A stretch of DNA of 64,000 bases. Origin: Octopus vulgaris (Eukaryota). Both the position numbers and the translations under genes were made by a program. Location of the stretch: contig OX597816.1 of assembly GCA_951406725.2 (NCBI GenBank), positions 1,178,001-1,242,000 on the forward strand. The letters run 5' to 3'. The notes under the pieces were generated by a model. The model did not search any database, was not told where the DNA came from, and worked only from the letters and a program-made list of their open reading frames with translations. Positions 26,327 to 38,429 of this stretch are shown one piece after another (position 1 is the stretch's first letter; the number at the start of each line of letters is the position of its first letter).

Positions 26327-27466
26327 GAATTATGGTATTATTACGATACATGATTCAGTTATCGTAGCTTTAAATATGTTCCACAAATGATGTTAATTTA
26401 CCGAGTGTTTCGTCTGGTTGCAGTGTTTAGTTGAACTCCTTCCTCAGAAAATGATGAATTTGATGAGAAGAAGTGGGTTTCAAAAGCGCGACTTACTTTA
26501 AACGTATTATACAGAAACAATGTCTGTACAGTTATGTTTCAATCCAGTGGTTTACATGAATCACATTTGTTTGTTTACATCGGGTGGGAGAGGACCCCTC
26601 GTAACCAGGAGCGACCTCTTCTGTGTTCAAACTCGAAATTGCCTACTATGAAATCTCCAAAAACCGATAGGAAAAAATATGTTTAAGCCTGAAGCCCCAA
26701 ACAATAATTTAATTACAAGTTGCGTACACACGTAATTGTGAATTCAAAGATTCATAATTTCTCTCAGTACACATGAGCCCCATTCAGGTCCTTAAGAACT
26801 TTCAATTTGCTCCTGGTATTCAAAAGGTTCCCTACCGCAAGTATTATTACAAAATTGGTAAAACGATACAAGTCAAAGTGCAAACAGAGAAACCATTTCA
26901 CGGTACCAAAAATAATCACGCATTAATATTTCTCTATGGATCATAATAAAAATCAAAATTTATGGTTGTGTCTGGCCACATTTGTTCATTAAATAACCTC
27001 CATTCGTCAGGATATCTGTTTTCCTAGTCCGTTTCTATACCGCTGCGTCGCTATTGTATGTATATATGTCATACTGTCAATAAAACTAAACAGATGATAA
27101 ATTAGTTATACAAAACTGTGTCGTGTTCTCGTCTTCGCCGAGAACACGACATAGTTAAGTTTATACGCTTGTCTTTAGTTACTTATAATATATAAATCAA
27201 TATGTTACAAAGAGAGTTATTTTTATCTAAGATTTCGTTCTTACATTCGAAGAAACACAGCCAGGCCTCCTATTGCCCTAGATAGCATTGTGAAGCATAT
27301 TAGTAACATCGTATCATAGACCACTTTAAATCATCGCTGAAACTGGTGTCAGTTTAATGTAAATACTTCAACAGGAAAACGTGTCACAGTAACAACTGCT
27401 TCTTGGTGTAATAAGAAAGCTATTCAAAAGCAAGTTTCCAGATTCGTCTAAGTTATTAAAAATAAT

Positions 27467-27506
27467 TTGAGTGGATTTGGTAGACGGAAACTGAAAGAAG
27501 CCCATC

Positions 27507-27581
<75 letters not shown>

Positions 27582-27805
27582 TGTGTGTGTCTTTGTGTCT
27601 GTGTTTGCTCTCCCATCACCGCTTGACAACCGGTGTTGGTGTGTTTACATCCCCGTAACATTGCAGTTCGGAAAAAGGGACCGATAGAATAAGTATTAGG
27701 CTTTGAAAAAAAGTCCTGGGGTCGATTTGTTCGACTAAAAAGAACCCTTCAAGGCCGTACTCCAGAATGGCCGCAGTCGAATGACCAAAACAAGTAAAAG
27801 AATAC
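27467..27805 (+). mobile_element. SINE family A, 3' two-thirds with internal (TA)n(GT)n
   Basis: Aligns with 54187-54478. Confidence 0.88.
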
Positions 27806-28859
27806 ATGAGTTAAAAAAAATATCAAAACATCGGTGTATTTCGTGTAACGTATAGAAAAGGATGGGAAAAGGTTTTCCATACTCGGTCACAAGAACAGAA
27901 CTCTAACCCCACACGACCTTCATAGCTGAGGCTAAATGACCAAGTGGGTGATGGTGGATCTCCGTCCTTCGATGAAGGTCCAATTGTTTGATCAACTGAA
28001 TTACCTTCTCCTGAATAAACATGTAAGAAGCTCTTCACTTAATCCTTTGGCAGAATCAACGTGATATAGTGTATGATAGCGTTGTGCCTTTTAAATTACA
28101 AATACAATCCACCAAAAGGGGTCATCCATATAGTTTCCGTCGATCCGATTTCACTCACAAGATATGGGACGACCCGAGGCTACAGAAGATGACATTTTCC
28201 CAAGATGATTCGCTGTGGGATCGAACCCGCAACCTCATGGTTGTGAATAAAATTTCTTAACCATTCAGCCATACTGCACCTCCTTACCTAATAAAAACAT
28301 CTTAAATATGGCCACGGATACTGTTGTTTTTCCGCATTTCATTTTTTTCAGTTACTTCAAAATATAGGTGTATGGAATGGTAAGTATGCTCCAGGATACC
28401 ATCCAATATAAAATCCTGGCTGAAGCTATTTCACCTCATTCTTCTACGAAGCCATGAATGTAGGCCCCAACCTCACATTCTTTGTGAATGTAACACTATC
28501 CAACAAACGATAAACTGTGAAAGAAAATGCAAAAAGTTTTCATATATTCCAAGTACAAATGCTTGTAATTGTTGTTGTTTAATCCCGGATGCATTCTTAG
28601 TTTTAAACAGAGTCTCTGGGAGTCCTATCAAAATAACTCTTTATCCAATCAGTTTTAAACATTCAAACATCCTTAAAGCAGCATTATCATATAGTTTAAA
28701 ATATTCAAAATATTTACAGCTGCCTGATGATCAGTTACATCAAACTCTGATTAATATTTTGTGAAATATGTTTAGCTTCGCCTCGTTAAACATTACGTAT
28801 GTATCTTCTATTTTTTAATTATTATAAATCTTCCACCGAGGAGGGGGACGGTTTCCAAC

Positions 28860-29170
28860 AAAGATACAAGGCTCCATCTTTGGGATGTAGTTAACACAGA
28901 CAAATTCACATTTGGAACTTGAGAAAAGTCTTGCATATTTTTACTGTTCCACTCACAGATTACACTTGTAATGTACGAATCAACCGGTCAGTTTCTCTTT
29001 CTGAAAATCCCAGTTCATCCAGATTCTCTTTTGAGCATTTACTAACAAAACCTAATGCTCCAATTATTGGTATAAAGCTGGAGGTTTCGGAGCAGTTGTC
29101 CATAGATATCCTCTTTTCAAAGAGATATTTATATCTACAGAGCAGCTGACCTCCATGATAGTACATACCT
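28860..29170 (-). mobile_element. R4/Dong-like REL-endonuclease C-terminal remnant
   Basis: SFIPIIGALGFVSKCSKENLDELGFSERETDRLIRTLQV; similar to the end of 58938..59333. Confidence 0.75.
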
Positions 29171-29186
29171 TCGCCCCTCTGTCTTG

Positions 29187-29297
29187 TATGTATGTATGTA
29201 TGTATGTATGTATGTATGTATGTATGTATGTATGTATGTATGTATGTATGTATGTATGTATGTATGTATGTATGTATGTATGTATGTATGTATGTAT
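29187..29297. repeat. (TATG)n microsatellite
   Basis: Directly visible. Confidence 0.95.
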
Positions 29298-29474
29298 ATC
29301 AGTTTCTTTTAATGAACCGCCAAATTAGAGGGACGTAAACAAACCAATACCAACTGTCAAGCAGTGGTGGGGAACAAACTCAAACACAAGGAATACACAG
29401 ACATAAATATATACATTTATATATATGACAGGTTTCGTTTCCGTCCACTAAATCCACTCACAAGGTCATGGTTG

Positions 29475-29927
29475 GTTGAGACGTATTTACACAGACCACG
29501 AAATATAGATTACAGAATAAGGAAAAATAAAAGAAGCAAAAAATGAGAGACAGATTATATAAATCTTATCCCTACAGCTGTTCCAAGATAGCCATAACTT
29601 ACATAATAACATATTCATATGTAATATGTGTATGACGTTATAGGTGTCTTGCGATGAATCCCGATGAAATTGTTAAAGTAAGTTAGGCATCCTTCCTCGA
29701 CAGCAAGGTGGCTAATACCTAACTTACTTCAACAATCTCATCGATACGTGTTGCGGGACACTCAGCTATGACATCATACATATATAACATTCGAATGTGG
29801 TTGCTACGTAAATTATGGCCGTCTTGAAACAGCTGTCGAGATGATACTTTACATAATTCTTGTTTTGTTTTGTTTTGCTTTTTCACTCGTTTGTATTTTG
29901 TGATCCATGTAAAATATACGCCTCAAG
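29475..29927. mobile_element. Diverged fold-back element (arms ~29475-29690 / 29715-29927) with hammerhead-like relics
   Basis: Arms align as reverse complements with many transitions; acagctgt palindrome next to G(A/G)AA in both arms. Confidence 0.8.
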
Positions 29928-30990
29928 CACATTGGTGTCCATCTACCTTGCTATCTACATAACAGATCGATAAGGATTAAGATTGTTCTTAAAGCTAACC
30001 TGCGATGCAGAGATGCTGGCCCTGGAATAAGAGGTTCTTCCAGTTTTCATCCATTTGACCACTTCTCTGTGTTATCTGTACAAAGCTCATTTTGCTTTTA
30101 CCTGCTCACTATATGTGTGTGTGTGTGTGTGTGTGCGTGCGTACAGAGAGAGAGAGGAGGAGGAGAGAGAGAGGTGTTGTGTGCTTTAGTTGTGTGAACG
30201 ATGTGAAAAACGGTTTCGATTGTTAGGCTAGCGTGTTCCCTGGAGATGTTATTAATGTAATCATATTTCAGAACAAAACCAAGTATGTCTTTTCTATAGA
30301 ATTAACAACTGTTCTTATTATCATCATCACTATCGCATATTCTTCTCTGTTGCTGTAACAAAGAACAAAAAATCCTATCAATTTTGACGATTTATCTGTA
30401 GAAAGCTGGAATGATGAAACGTACCATTCCATTAATAAAGAAGCATAACTCAGTCGAGACCCCAACAGCGTCTCTTTTGAATTATCATATGTTGTACCAT
30501 AACAAACAGTAAAGAGGGGCAGAGACAAAAGCTGAGTGTTTAGAGGTCTATCATTCTTACTCTATTTTTCTTTCTTTTCTTTTTTTTTTATATTCCTTTG
30601 TAATTTTGATCGCTTGGCGGGGTTCTTCTTGAAAGAATGACAAAATATGTTAAACTTGATCTATATTACACAGTTCTGAATCTTTGTACCCTGTATGTTT
30701 TACCTTCAACTTTGTTAACGTTTTGCTACGTCCATACTTCGAGAAAAGAATGTAAAACATATAATAACTAAATAAATGAAATGTAAAGAAAAATGAAAAG
30801 GAAGTAAAGAGAAGAAGGGGAGAAGAGTAAAAGAAGACTGGGAAAATACATGTATAAAACATTTAAGGTTATTTGCAAACCGAGTCTGTTTTCCATTTGC
30901 TTTTCTTCAACCTCATCAAGACTAATGAAAAGCAAACGTTCCTTCGCAAAGACGACAGCGTTCCTAGCATTCCATAAGAAAGCAGTTTCA

Positions 30991-31045
30991 TTTGGCGGCA
31001 GGAAATGACGTCACACTGAACTGCCTACCAACGCCATCTATTGGC
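30991..31045. promoter_or_regulatory. Candidate promoter/enhancer motif cluster
   Basis: TTTGGCGG (E2F-like) 30991, CAGGAAAT overlapping perfect CRE TGACGTCA 30999-31013, ACGCCATCTATTGGC (CTCF/YY1-like with reverse CCAAT) 31031-31045, in apparently non-repetitive DNA. Confidence 0.4.
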
Positions 31046-31976
31046 TGCTTGGCACATCGCTTACATTCCTCTAGCTCGCTCTGAAAATTGCAAAGATGTT
31101 CTATGGTGCGCTGGGAATGTGGAACATGTGCTAGCTGTCCCTTCTAACAGATGATTTGTCAGTATCTTTACTTCACCGAGGACTGGCGGTCGGGTTTCAT
31201 ATCATCGTTTGGTCTTCAACAGTTTTTTTTTTTATGGTATTTTGATATTTTCGGGTTTTCTTTTCATTCTTTCTTCAACCTTCGTCTCCTTCATCACCTA
31301 CGTACGAATGTGTGTGTGTGTGTGTGTACAGTAGACTGTTATCATCACATTCAATTTCGTGTATTGCAAAACAAACAAAAAAAAAAACGCTTTTATTTTT
31401 TATGTCTCGCATTTTTGTCTTTCTCGGCGTCAGTTTTAGAATTTAAAAAGATAAAAACAAAAACAGCAGCAGCAACATCAACATCATTTTAGTTTCTTAT
31501 TTTCCAGTATGTTCAGGTCTCTTATTTTTTTAGTTGTTTTTCAACCTATTCTTCTTTTGATATATTTTTGCTATTTTTCTGATGTAAGAGGGCGGCGGCG
31601 GCGGCGGTGGGAAGAGAGGTCGAACTATTTTCATTAACATAACTAAGTTGCTGAGATGATTTGCCTTTCTGTTCGAGATTTCCGGTGTGTTAACGTCATC
31701 TGTAAGATCTTTATCTTGCCACACTGAGTTCAAATCCAGCGAGTGGAGATATCAAATGACTAAAGGTCCAGTCCCGCCGAGGAAAATTTTGCCTTACATC
31801 ATTTTTCATGTAAATAAAATAAAATACCAGTAACATAGTAGGGTCAATGGTATCGATTAACAGGGTTTTATCTTTTATATGTAATATTTCTTTAAACTAC
31901 AAATAGTGAAAGTGAACTAAATTTAAATCAAATCTGAAACGTTTTTGTTTTTTTAAATTTATTTATTTACTTAGTG

Positions 31977-32250
31977 AAGGCGCGTGATCGAGTGGTTAGG
32001 GTGTTGCACTCACGATTGTAAGATTGTAGTTTCGATTCCCAGACCGGACGCTACGTTGTGCTTGAGCAAAACACCTCCTTTCATGTTGCTCCAAACCACT
32101 CAACTGTAAATTAAAACAAAGTCCCAGCAATGGCTGGGAAGTAAATCTTGCGACCGTCCAGTTTCCCGTTTAGTGGGGAGTGTTGTACTGTCATGGCAAC
32201 TTGGTTAATCTTTCGCCCTTACGGACTCATGACAGACCTAAGCCATTAAC
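31977..32250 (+). mobile_element. tRNA-derived SINE (family C-like)
   Basis: gaaggcgcgtgatcgagtggttaggg...gtttcgattcccagaccgg; related copies at ~41840-42018(-), 47040-47260(-), 61660-61870(+). Confidence 0.8.
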
Positions 32251-32521
32251 TTAAGAGAAAATATTTGCTTTCTTTTCCAGAAATCTGAATTTCATTAGAC
32301 TGATGCTTATATTTAATTTCTATGGATTTCGAAATATGAACGGCTAATTCTCACATTGGATGAGATATCACGGGTTATTTATCTTGCAGAAGAATATTCT
32401 AGTCAACGAAACACTCGTCGCTGTTACAGTCAGTGGCAGAGGTAATAGGAGAACACAAATTTCAAAATTAGCGCCTTTTCAACAATTTTTTTTTTAAATA
32501 TTTAGTTCAATAAAAGTGGAA

Positions 32522-32588
<67 letters not shown>

Positions 32589-33202
32589 CTCTTCTGTTAA
32601 TCGTATGGCATCGGAAAAATTTTCTGGAGTTATCTTATTTGACGAACCACCCGTGTATTTTCAACTGTCCACTCAATCTCCTCTGATGTGTTGTTGGTGG
32701 CCGCTGACATCTGAAGAGCCAAAACGAACTCTGACATCATAACTTCTCGACACTGAACGATCCCGTGGAGTTTCGTCTTTTTCACGTCACACCTATATCA
32801 GTAGGTGTGACGTCAAACGTAATGACATTATAACTGAAACATGAAATTAATGAATGTAGAACACAATTGCCTATATTATAACGAACGAAATATTTCGCGT
32901 AATATCAGAGAAATGAGTTAAAAATCGTTTGGTATGTGTCACGATGCCTTTCCCAATGTACTCGCTCCCAGCTAACTTTAGAACTTGACTACACCTCTCT
33001 GGTTACAGTACCGCAACATACATGCATACGCAGATATATATATATTTCGTTTTGGGATTTGAGAGAGTCAAGACTATTAAAAAGGTTGCAAGACGCAACG
33101 AAAATTTTAGGCAAATAAAAATAAGAAATAAGTGGAACTTTTACCGGTGAGTGTGTTACATTATAAGGCACAAAAAGAAAATGACTCTCCCCAGACAAAA
33201 CA

Positions 33203-33247
<45 letters not shown>

Positions 33248-33248
<1 letters not shown>

Positions 33249-33674
33249 CTCCAAGAAAGTTAGGGGTTGTGAGTCCAACCCACTAAGGGATAATATCTAT
33301 CCAATATACTGCTGGTAGAATACCCAATTATTAATACACAAGTGTTTTTCATTGCATTGCAATTAACTTACCTAGTGTATTAAATGGGTGAAGGTAAAGA
33401 GATATTTTACCATTAATTTATATTGCAAATAAGAAAATAGAGAACAATCGTTGGTTCATCAACTTTAGGACATTAAAAATGTTAACTTATTTATTTATTA
33501 AACTAATAATTATGTTTTTTAATAATTACTTGTATCCTTATTTTATATGCATAGAATAATATGCTATATATATGTATGTTATTATAATTATCAGTTTAAT
33601 AAATAAATAAGTTAACATTTTTAATGTCCTAAAGTTTTGGAACCAACTATTGTTCTCCTTCATTTTCTTATTTG

Positions 33675-33677
<3 letters not shown>
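33248..33677. mobile_element. Fold-back element (arms ~33425-33513 / 33584-33675) between two (TA)n tracts
   Basis: About 90-bp inverted arms incl. actttaggacattaaaaatgttaacttatttatttattaaact and its reverse complement. Confidence 0.8.
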
Positions 33678-33737
<60 letters not shown>

Positions 33738-34239
33738 CATTGTTGTATTTGGGGATGGTCATGTTGCCAGTGTAGCCAATAAAAAACACACGCACTATAT
33801 ATTTGGTGTTAATTTGCTTCAGCTTTATTTTATTTTTAACATTAATCCTATTTCGGCCAGAGTTTTTTCGTCACACTTCTGTGACCTCATCAGTGGTCCC
33901 TTGATTTCTTCTTTCTTATTTGTGTGTCTTTCCTTACTAATGATCAGCCATTTTATATTTTGTATTCCTACTGTATGTGTCTTTATTTGCGCATGCGTAT
34001 ACCCCTATGTGTGTCTATGTTTAGTAAGTGCGTGTGTGGGGGGGTGGGAGTGCCTTATTATCTGTATCCCTTGTTTATACACGTTCGTTTAATTTGTTTT
34101 CATTTATTTTGTTTATGTGTTTATACCTACTTATTTGTTTCTATTTCTTTTTTTATACATTTAATTCAATTTAATTTTGTTAACGTATATAGTCATTTAA
34201 TTCCATTGGTTTTGTCAGTGTGTTGTATTCTATGCAGAA

Positions 34240-34770
34240 ACTTGGTGGGAGGATCTTGCTCGTGATGTTCAGGCTGCTGCTGATGCAAATGACAGCAAGA
34301 AGCTCTACCATCTTATGAAGCAAGTTTATGGGCCTAAGAGCACCACATCAACCCCTTTGCTTTCCAAGGAGTCTTCTATTTTATTTACTAAATTAACAAA
34401 AATCACAGGTCGCTGGATCGAACACTTCTCTGAACTCCTAAGCCATGAGTCAGTTGTGAATGAAACAGTGATTGATACTATGAAATAAAGACCCATCATT
34501 GGCTCCTTAAATTCCACGCCCTCAATAGATGAGGTAATGACATCAATAAGTACATTGAATCTTGGTAGAGCACTTGGAAAGGATAGAATTTGTGCTGAGG
34601 TCTCTCGATTTGGTGGTGATTACATCATACAGTTCCTTCGTGAACTTATTAGTGCAGTCTGGAGGGATGGTGCAATGCCTAAGGACTGCAAGGATGCAAT
34701 TATCCTTCCTATCTATAAAGGAAAAGGAGTCAGAACAATGTGTGGTAACTACAGAGGTATTGCTCTACAG
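34240..34770 (+). mobile_element. RTE (BovB-like) LINE internal fragment, start of RT
   Basis: WWEDLARDVQAAADANDSKKLYHLMKQVYGP...RWIEHFSELL...KDAIILPIYKGKGVRTMCGNYRGIAL with an in-frame stop. Confidence 0.9.
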
Positions 34771-34774
34771 ATTC

Positions 34775-35030
34775 CTCAATAGTTCAGCATAGGTGTTCTC
34801 TTTTGCACTGATCTTCAGCTTTATGTTAACATCCGCTAATTTCCACAGTTGTGCACAGTTTCTCTTCTCTGTCCCACATCATTATATCAGGTCTGTTGTG
34901 CTTACATTTTATTGAGGTTTTCACTGGGACATTCCACCAGTACTCCTTTTTATTATGAGCAGCTATGGCTTCTACCATACTCTGGGTTCTTATTTCTTTG
35001 ACCTTGAAGTTATCCTTCCGACGTATTTCA
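34775..35030 (-). mobile_element. R4/Dong-like REL-endonuclease fragment
   Basis: Minus translation EYWWNVPVKTSIKCKHNRPDIMMWDREEKLCTTVEIS (PD..D motif). Confidence 0.85.
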
Positions 35031-35038
35031 CTATAGAG

Positions 35039-37260
35039 CAGTGCTTCTCAACCTTTTTTCGCTGTGCACCTCCAAAATCGGTTTCAGAGCCCCATGCACC
35101 CTTTGTCACAGCCAAAAATCGCGCAATTTTACAATTACTACTGAAATTGCATAAGTTTATATTTAATACATTAATCAGCCAGCAAAAACGTAACACTTAA
35201 CAATAATGAAAGTTCAGACATTTTGTTTGCTTGGAAGCATTCATTTTTTTTTTTTTTTTTTGTTGAAGATTTCTGAACGAAGCTCAGAAACTGTACGAAT
35301 AATTTTACTTAATGTATACAATGCAAAAAGTGTACAAGGTTGAAAATGTTAATGCGACCCTTGAAGTTGCTTTTCTATCACCGGTTTGGTAAAACGTGGC
35401 TGGTGATGACTCAAACAACTATTGTCGAGCTGCAGTCTTCTTCTTTGTTTATTATAAGAATGCACAACCAACGAAAAGCCTCTTTCGGTAAGGTTTGATG
35501 TTGGGAGGTTTATAATGAATGGCTCAACAGTTTCGTATACAGTCGGGTATTTGTTCTTATACTATAGCCATGCTTACACCCAGTCTCCTTCGGCAATTTG
35601 GATGAAGCGTTCATCAGCAAGAGCCTCGCAGAGCACTATTTGAAAACATGCAGTGAGTTGGAAGTCGTCCTCCATTGTCAAGGTATGAAGTCAGTGGACA
35701 AATAAAGAGATGTGTAAATAAATGGGATCCTGAAAACGCAGTTGAAAGATTTCCTGCAGAAAAAAATGAGGTGTTCCACGATGCCAGCATGTTCCTCGGT
35801 AGTAAGGAGCTCTTCCTTTAAAGAGGCGAAAACGGTGAAATCGTGAAAAGAAAGTCGCATCTTCCAAAGTAAGAGTTTTTTCATGAAACCCGCAATAAGA
35901 TGGTTGAAAGTTACGATATTAATACCATCACATTGCAGCGACAAGTTTAATTCGTTGAGCTTCTTGTAAATCTCTTCCCGGTATAATATCATTGACTTTT
36001 TCTGCAGGAGCGCAATGCGGAGTTGTGAATCTTGACTTTCCTAAACTTCAACCACTTTGTCAAAAACACAAACAAATCGAATGAGGCAATTTCCCATGGT
36101 AAGCCATCGGACATCCGTTGAATAAGGGAGCCGATCGAAATGCTCATCTTGACAGGCTTCCATAAAGAGTCTATCTTGAAGTGCTGTATTTTTTTTTACT
36201 CTATTAACAGCTGAAACTATATGTTGCAGAATTTTCACTAAGCTTATGGGTTCGAATATCCTTTGCAACTAAATTCTCCCGATGGAGGACACAGCGAATA
36301 GAAAATAGATCTCTTTCTGCAGTTAATCTGGCGACGAGCCCTTTTGTCTTCCCGACCATAGAAGGGGCACCGTTCGTGCAAACAGATATCTTAGTTAGAC
36401 TTCTATCGTTTTCTTGGAAGATTTCGTGCAGTGCGTTATTGACAGCTTCGCCAGTTGAATTAAGGATTGTTTTGACGAACAGAAGCTCCTCTCAAATGGC
36501 AGAATCCTTGATGTAGTGGACGAATGTAAGGATTACTGATTGGTTTGCAAACCTACTCTCATCAACAGTTACAAAAAAAACTTGCTGTTACGCAAATCTT
36601 GGAGTGTTTTGATGTCAATCGCTATGTCAGTAATCCGAGACGACATGCTGCTATTAGAAAGTGGAATGCTAGCAATAACAGCTTCTGGATTCGAAATGTT
36701 TGCCACTTTCAAAGCTTCCAAGATTGCAGGTTTTATGAGCTCCTCAACCAGTGTATGTGGCCGACCTTGTTTTGCAAAGAGATGTACAATCTTATATGAT
36801 GTGATAAGGTCAGCCACATGGTTTTTTTCTACAAGGAAACTCTTCAACTTGGAAGATGATGAGGAAACATCGGGACTGAGTGCTTCAAAACTCTCCTTTG
36901 GCTTGTGAGAAACGATGATGTGAACTTTTTTAAGATGATTAGACAATTTGCAAGACTTCATGTTGACATTGGAATTCGAACATAGGAGACAATAGGGTAA
37001 AGATGGGTTGAGCGCACTTCTGATAAATCCAGATGCAATATACGAGGATCATAAAGTCTGCATTTATTCTTTTCGTATTCACTTTTGTACATCACTTTGT
37101 TTATTCAAAATCTAAAATAAATGAGATAAGAAAAGATATGATCCCTGCACTCGGTACATTTGCGATGAGACAGATGAGTACACATGTTTTTTTCAGCAAA
37201 CTCCGCTTCTTATGCAACAATCAGATGCGCATGAAAAGCATCCCCGCTATTTGAAAGCTC
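35039..37260 (-). mobile_element. hAT (Buster/Charlie) DNA transposon, decayed
   Basis: TIR cagtgcttctcaacc at 35039 preceded by ctatagag; transposase relic follows on the minus strand; other end uncertain. Confidence 0.85.
35390..37050 (-). pseudogene. Buster/Charlie-type hAT transposase pseudogene
   Basis: BED-finger relic PYCLLCS...MKSCKLSNHLKKVH; GRPHTLVEELIKPA; IPLSNSSMSSRI; SVCTNGAPSMVGK; IRCVLHRENLVAK; DVRWLTMGNCLIRF; LNELNLSLQ; LPTSNLTERGFS; several frameshifts. Confidence 0.92.
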
Positions 37261-37389
37261 AATTAGTTAATGAGTCTTCATTTCGTTCAGGCATGCTAAA
37301 CGTTTTCTCCTGTGAACTGCATAGCCATACAAAATCTATCGGTGGACCAGATTGATATGCTTTTTGTATTTGGTGGTATCAGTGTACAG

Positions 37390-37673
37390 CAGTGGTTCTT
37401 AACGGTGGGCCTGGGCTTCATAAATTTCTGAGTTGATCTGGAAAAGTACTGTGTGTGGATTTGTGCTTAAAATTTGTATAATAAAGTCGAGTTGAGTATA
37501 AAAAATCGCAACATTTCAGTGATTGGAGGATATATATTCAACAAACATCTCAATCCCTCAGTAAATAATGGCATGATTTTGTAATTTGATCTACCTAACA
37601 GAGGGTAAATGAGCTTAAGAATTTTACGGGGACCAAAGGTGGGTCCGTAGAAAACAAAGGTTGAAAACCACTG
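37390..37673. mobile_element. hAT (Buster-type) MITE
   Basis: TIRs cagtggttcttaac / gttgaaaaccactg; imperfect 8-bp TSD gtgtacag/atatacag with central TA. Confidence 0.8.
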
Positions 37674-38429
37674 ATATACAGGGTGTCCCCAAAAATAATT
37701 CACATTTCAAATACCTTAAGCTCAAATCTGCTTTACAATGTGCTTAATTTTACCAGACAAACTCATAATGACTCTAAAACATAGCTATGAAAAAGGATAT
37801 TCACCCTCAGATATTACTGGTTGCATGGAAGCACGCATTGAAGGTCAGTAATAATTAACTGTTGGTCAGAATTCAGGGAACAAAATATATAAGGTATTAT
37901 TTAAGACCCAATATTATGATGATAAATGAAGTGTTATCTTTTATTTCAGATGTTGTTTGATAACTGGATTGCCTGTTCTCTGAGTACACACAACCCTTAG
38001 CCCATCGCATTTTGTGGCGTTTGATGTTAATAAATTTAATTTGAGGAGTAAATATGATAATAAGGATCATAAGTGAACAACTAAAATGCATAAAGTATCA
38101 ATGAAACACTTACCAATAAAGAAGAGTTTGTTGATATGACGTGAGTTTCTAGTGAATAATCGCTGAATGCTAACGTGATGGTAAGCTCAGACAGCAATGA
38201 TCGGTGCAGCGGCTGAGCCAGACTATATGGAGGTGCGCGCTTAATGTACGCGCGAGATGTCTCGCGTATGTCTCGTGCGTACTTCACGCATCCATGAGAC
38301 GTCTGCGCAAACCTGCAATATTATTGATCCATGCAGGGGTGTGTGCTCAACAAGCAACCATAATTGTGGTCAATACGTACGTACTTGCGTGCCAATGCGC
38401 ACGTACTGCGTGAACTTTGTAGTCTACGC

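Noticed and set aside
32650-32720. Minus-strand acceptor followed by MSAATNNTSEEIEWTVEN
   Set aside because: Weak donor and no homology recognised.
38246-38283. CpG-rich imperfect hairpin gtacgcgcgagat...gtctcgtgcgtac
   Set aside because: Lies in purine-pyrimidine alternating sequence, probably a MITE interior; no ends or TSD found.
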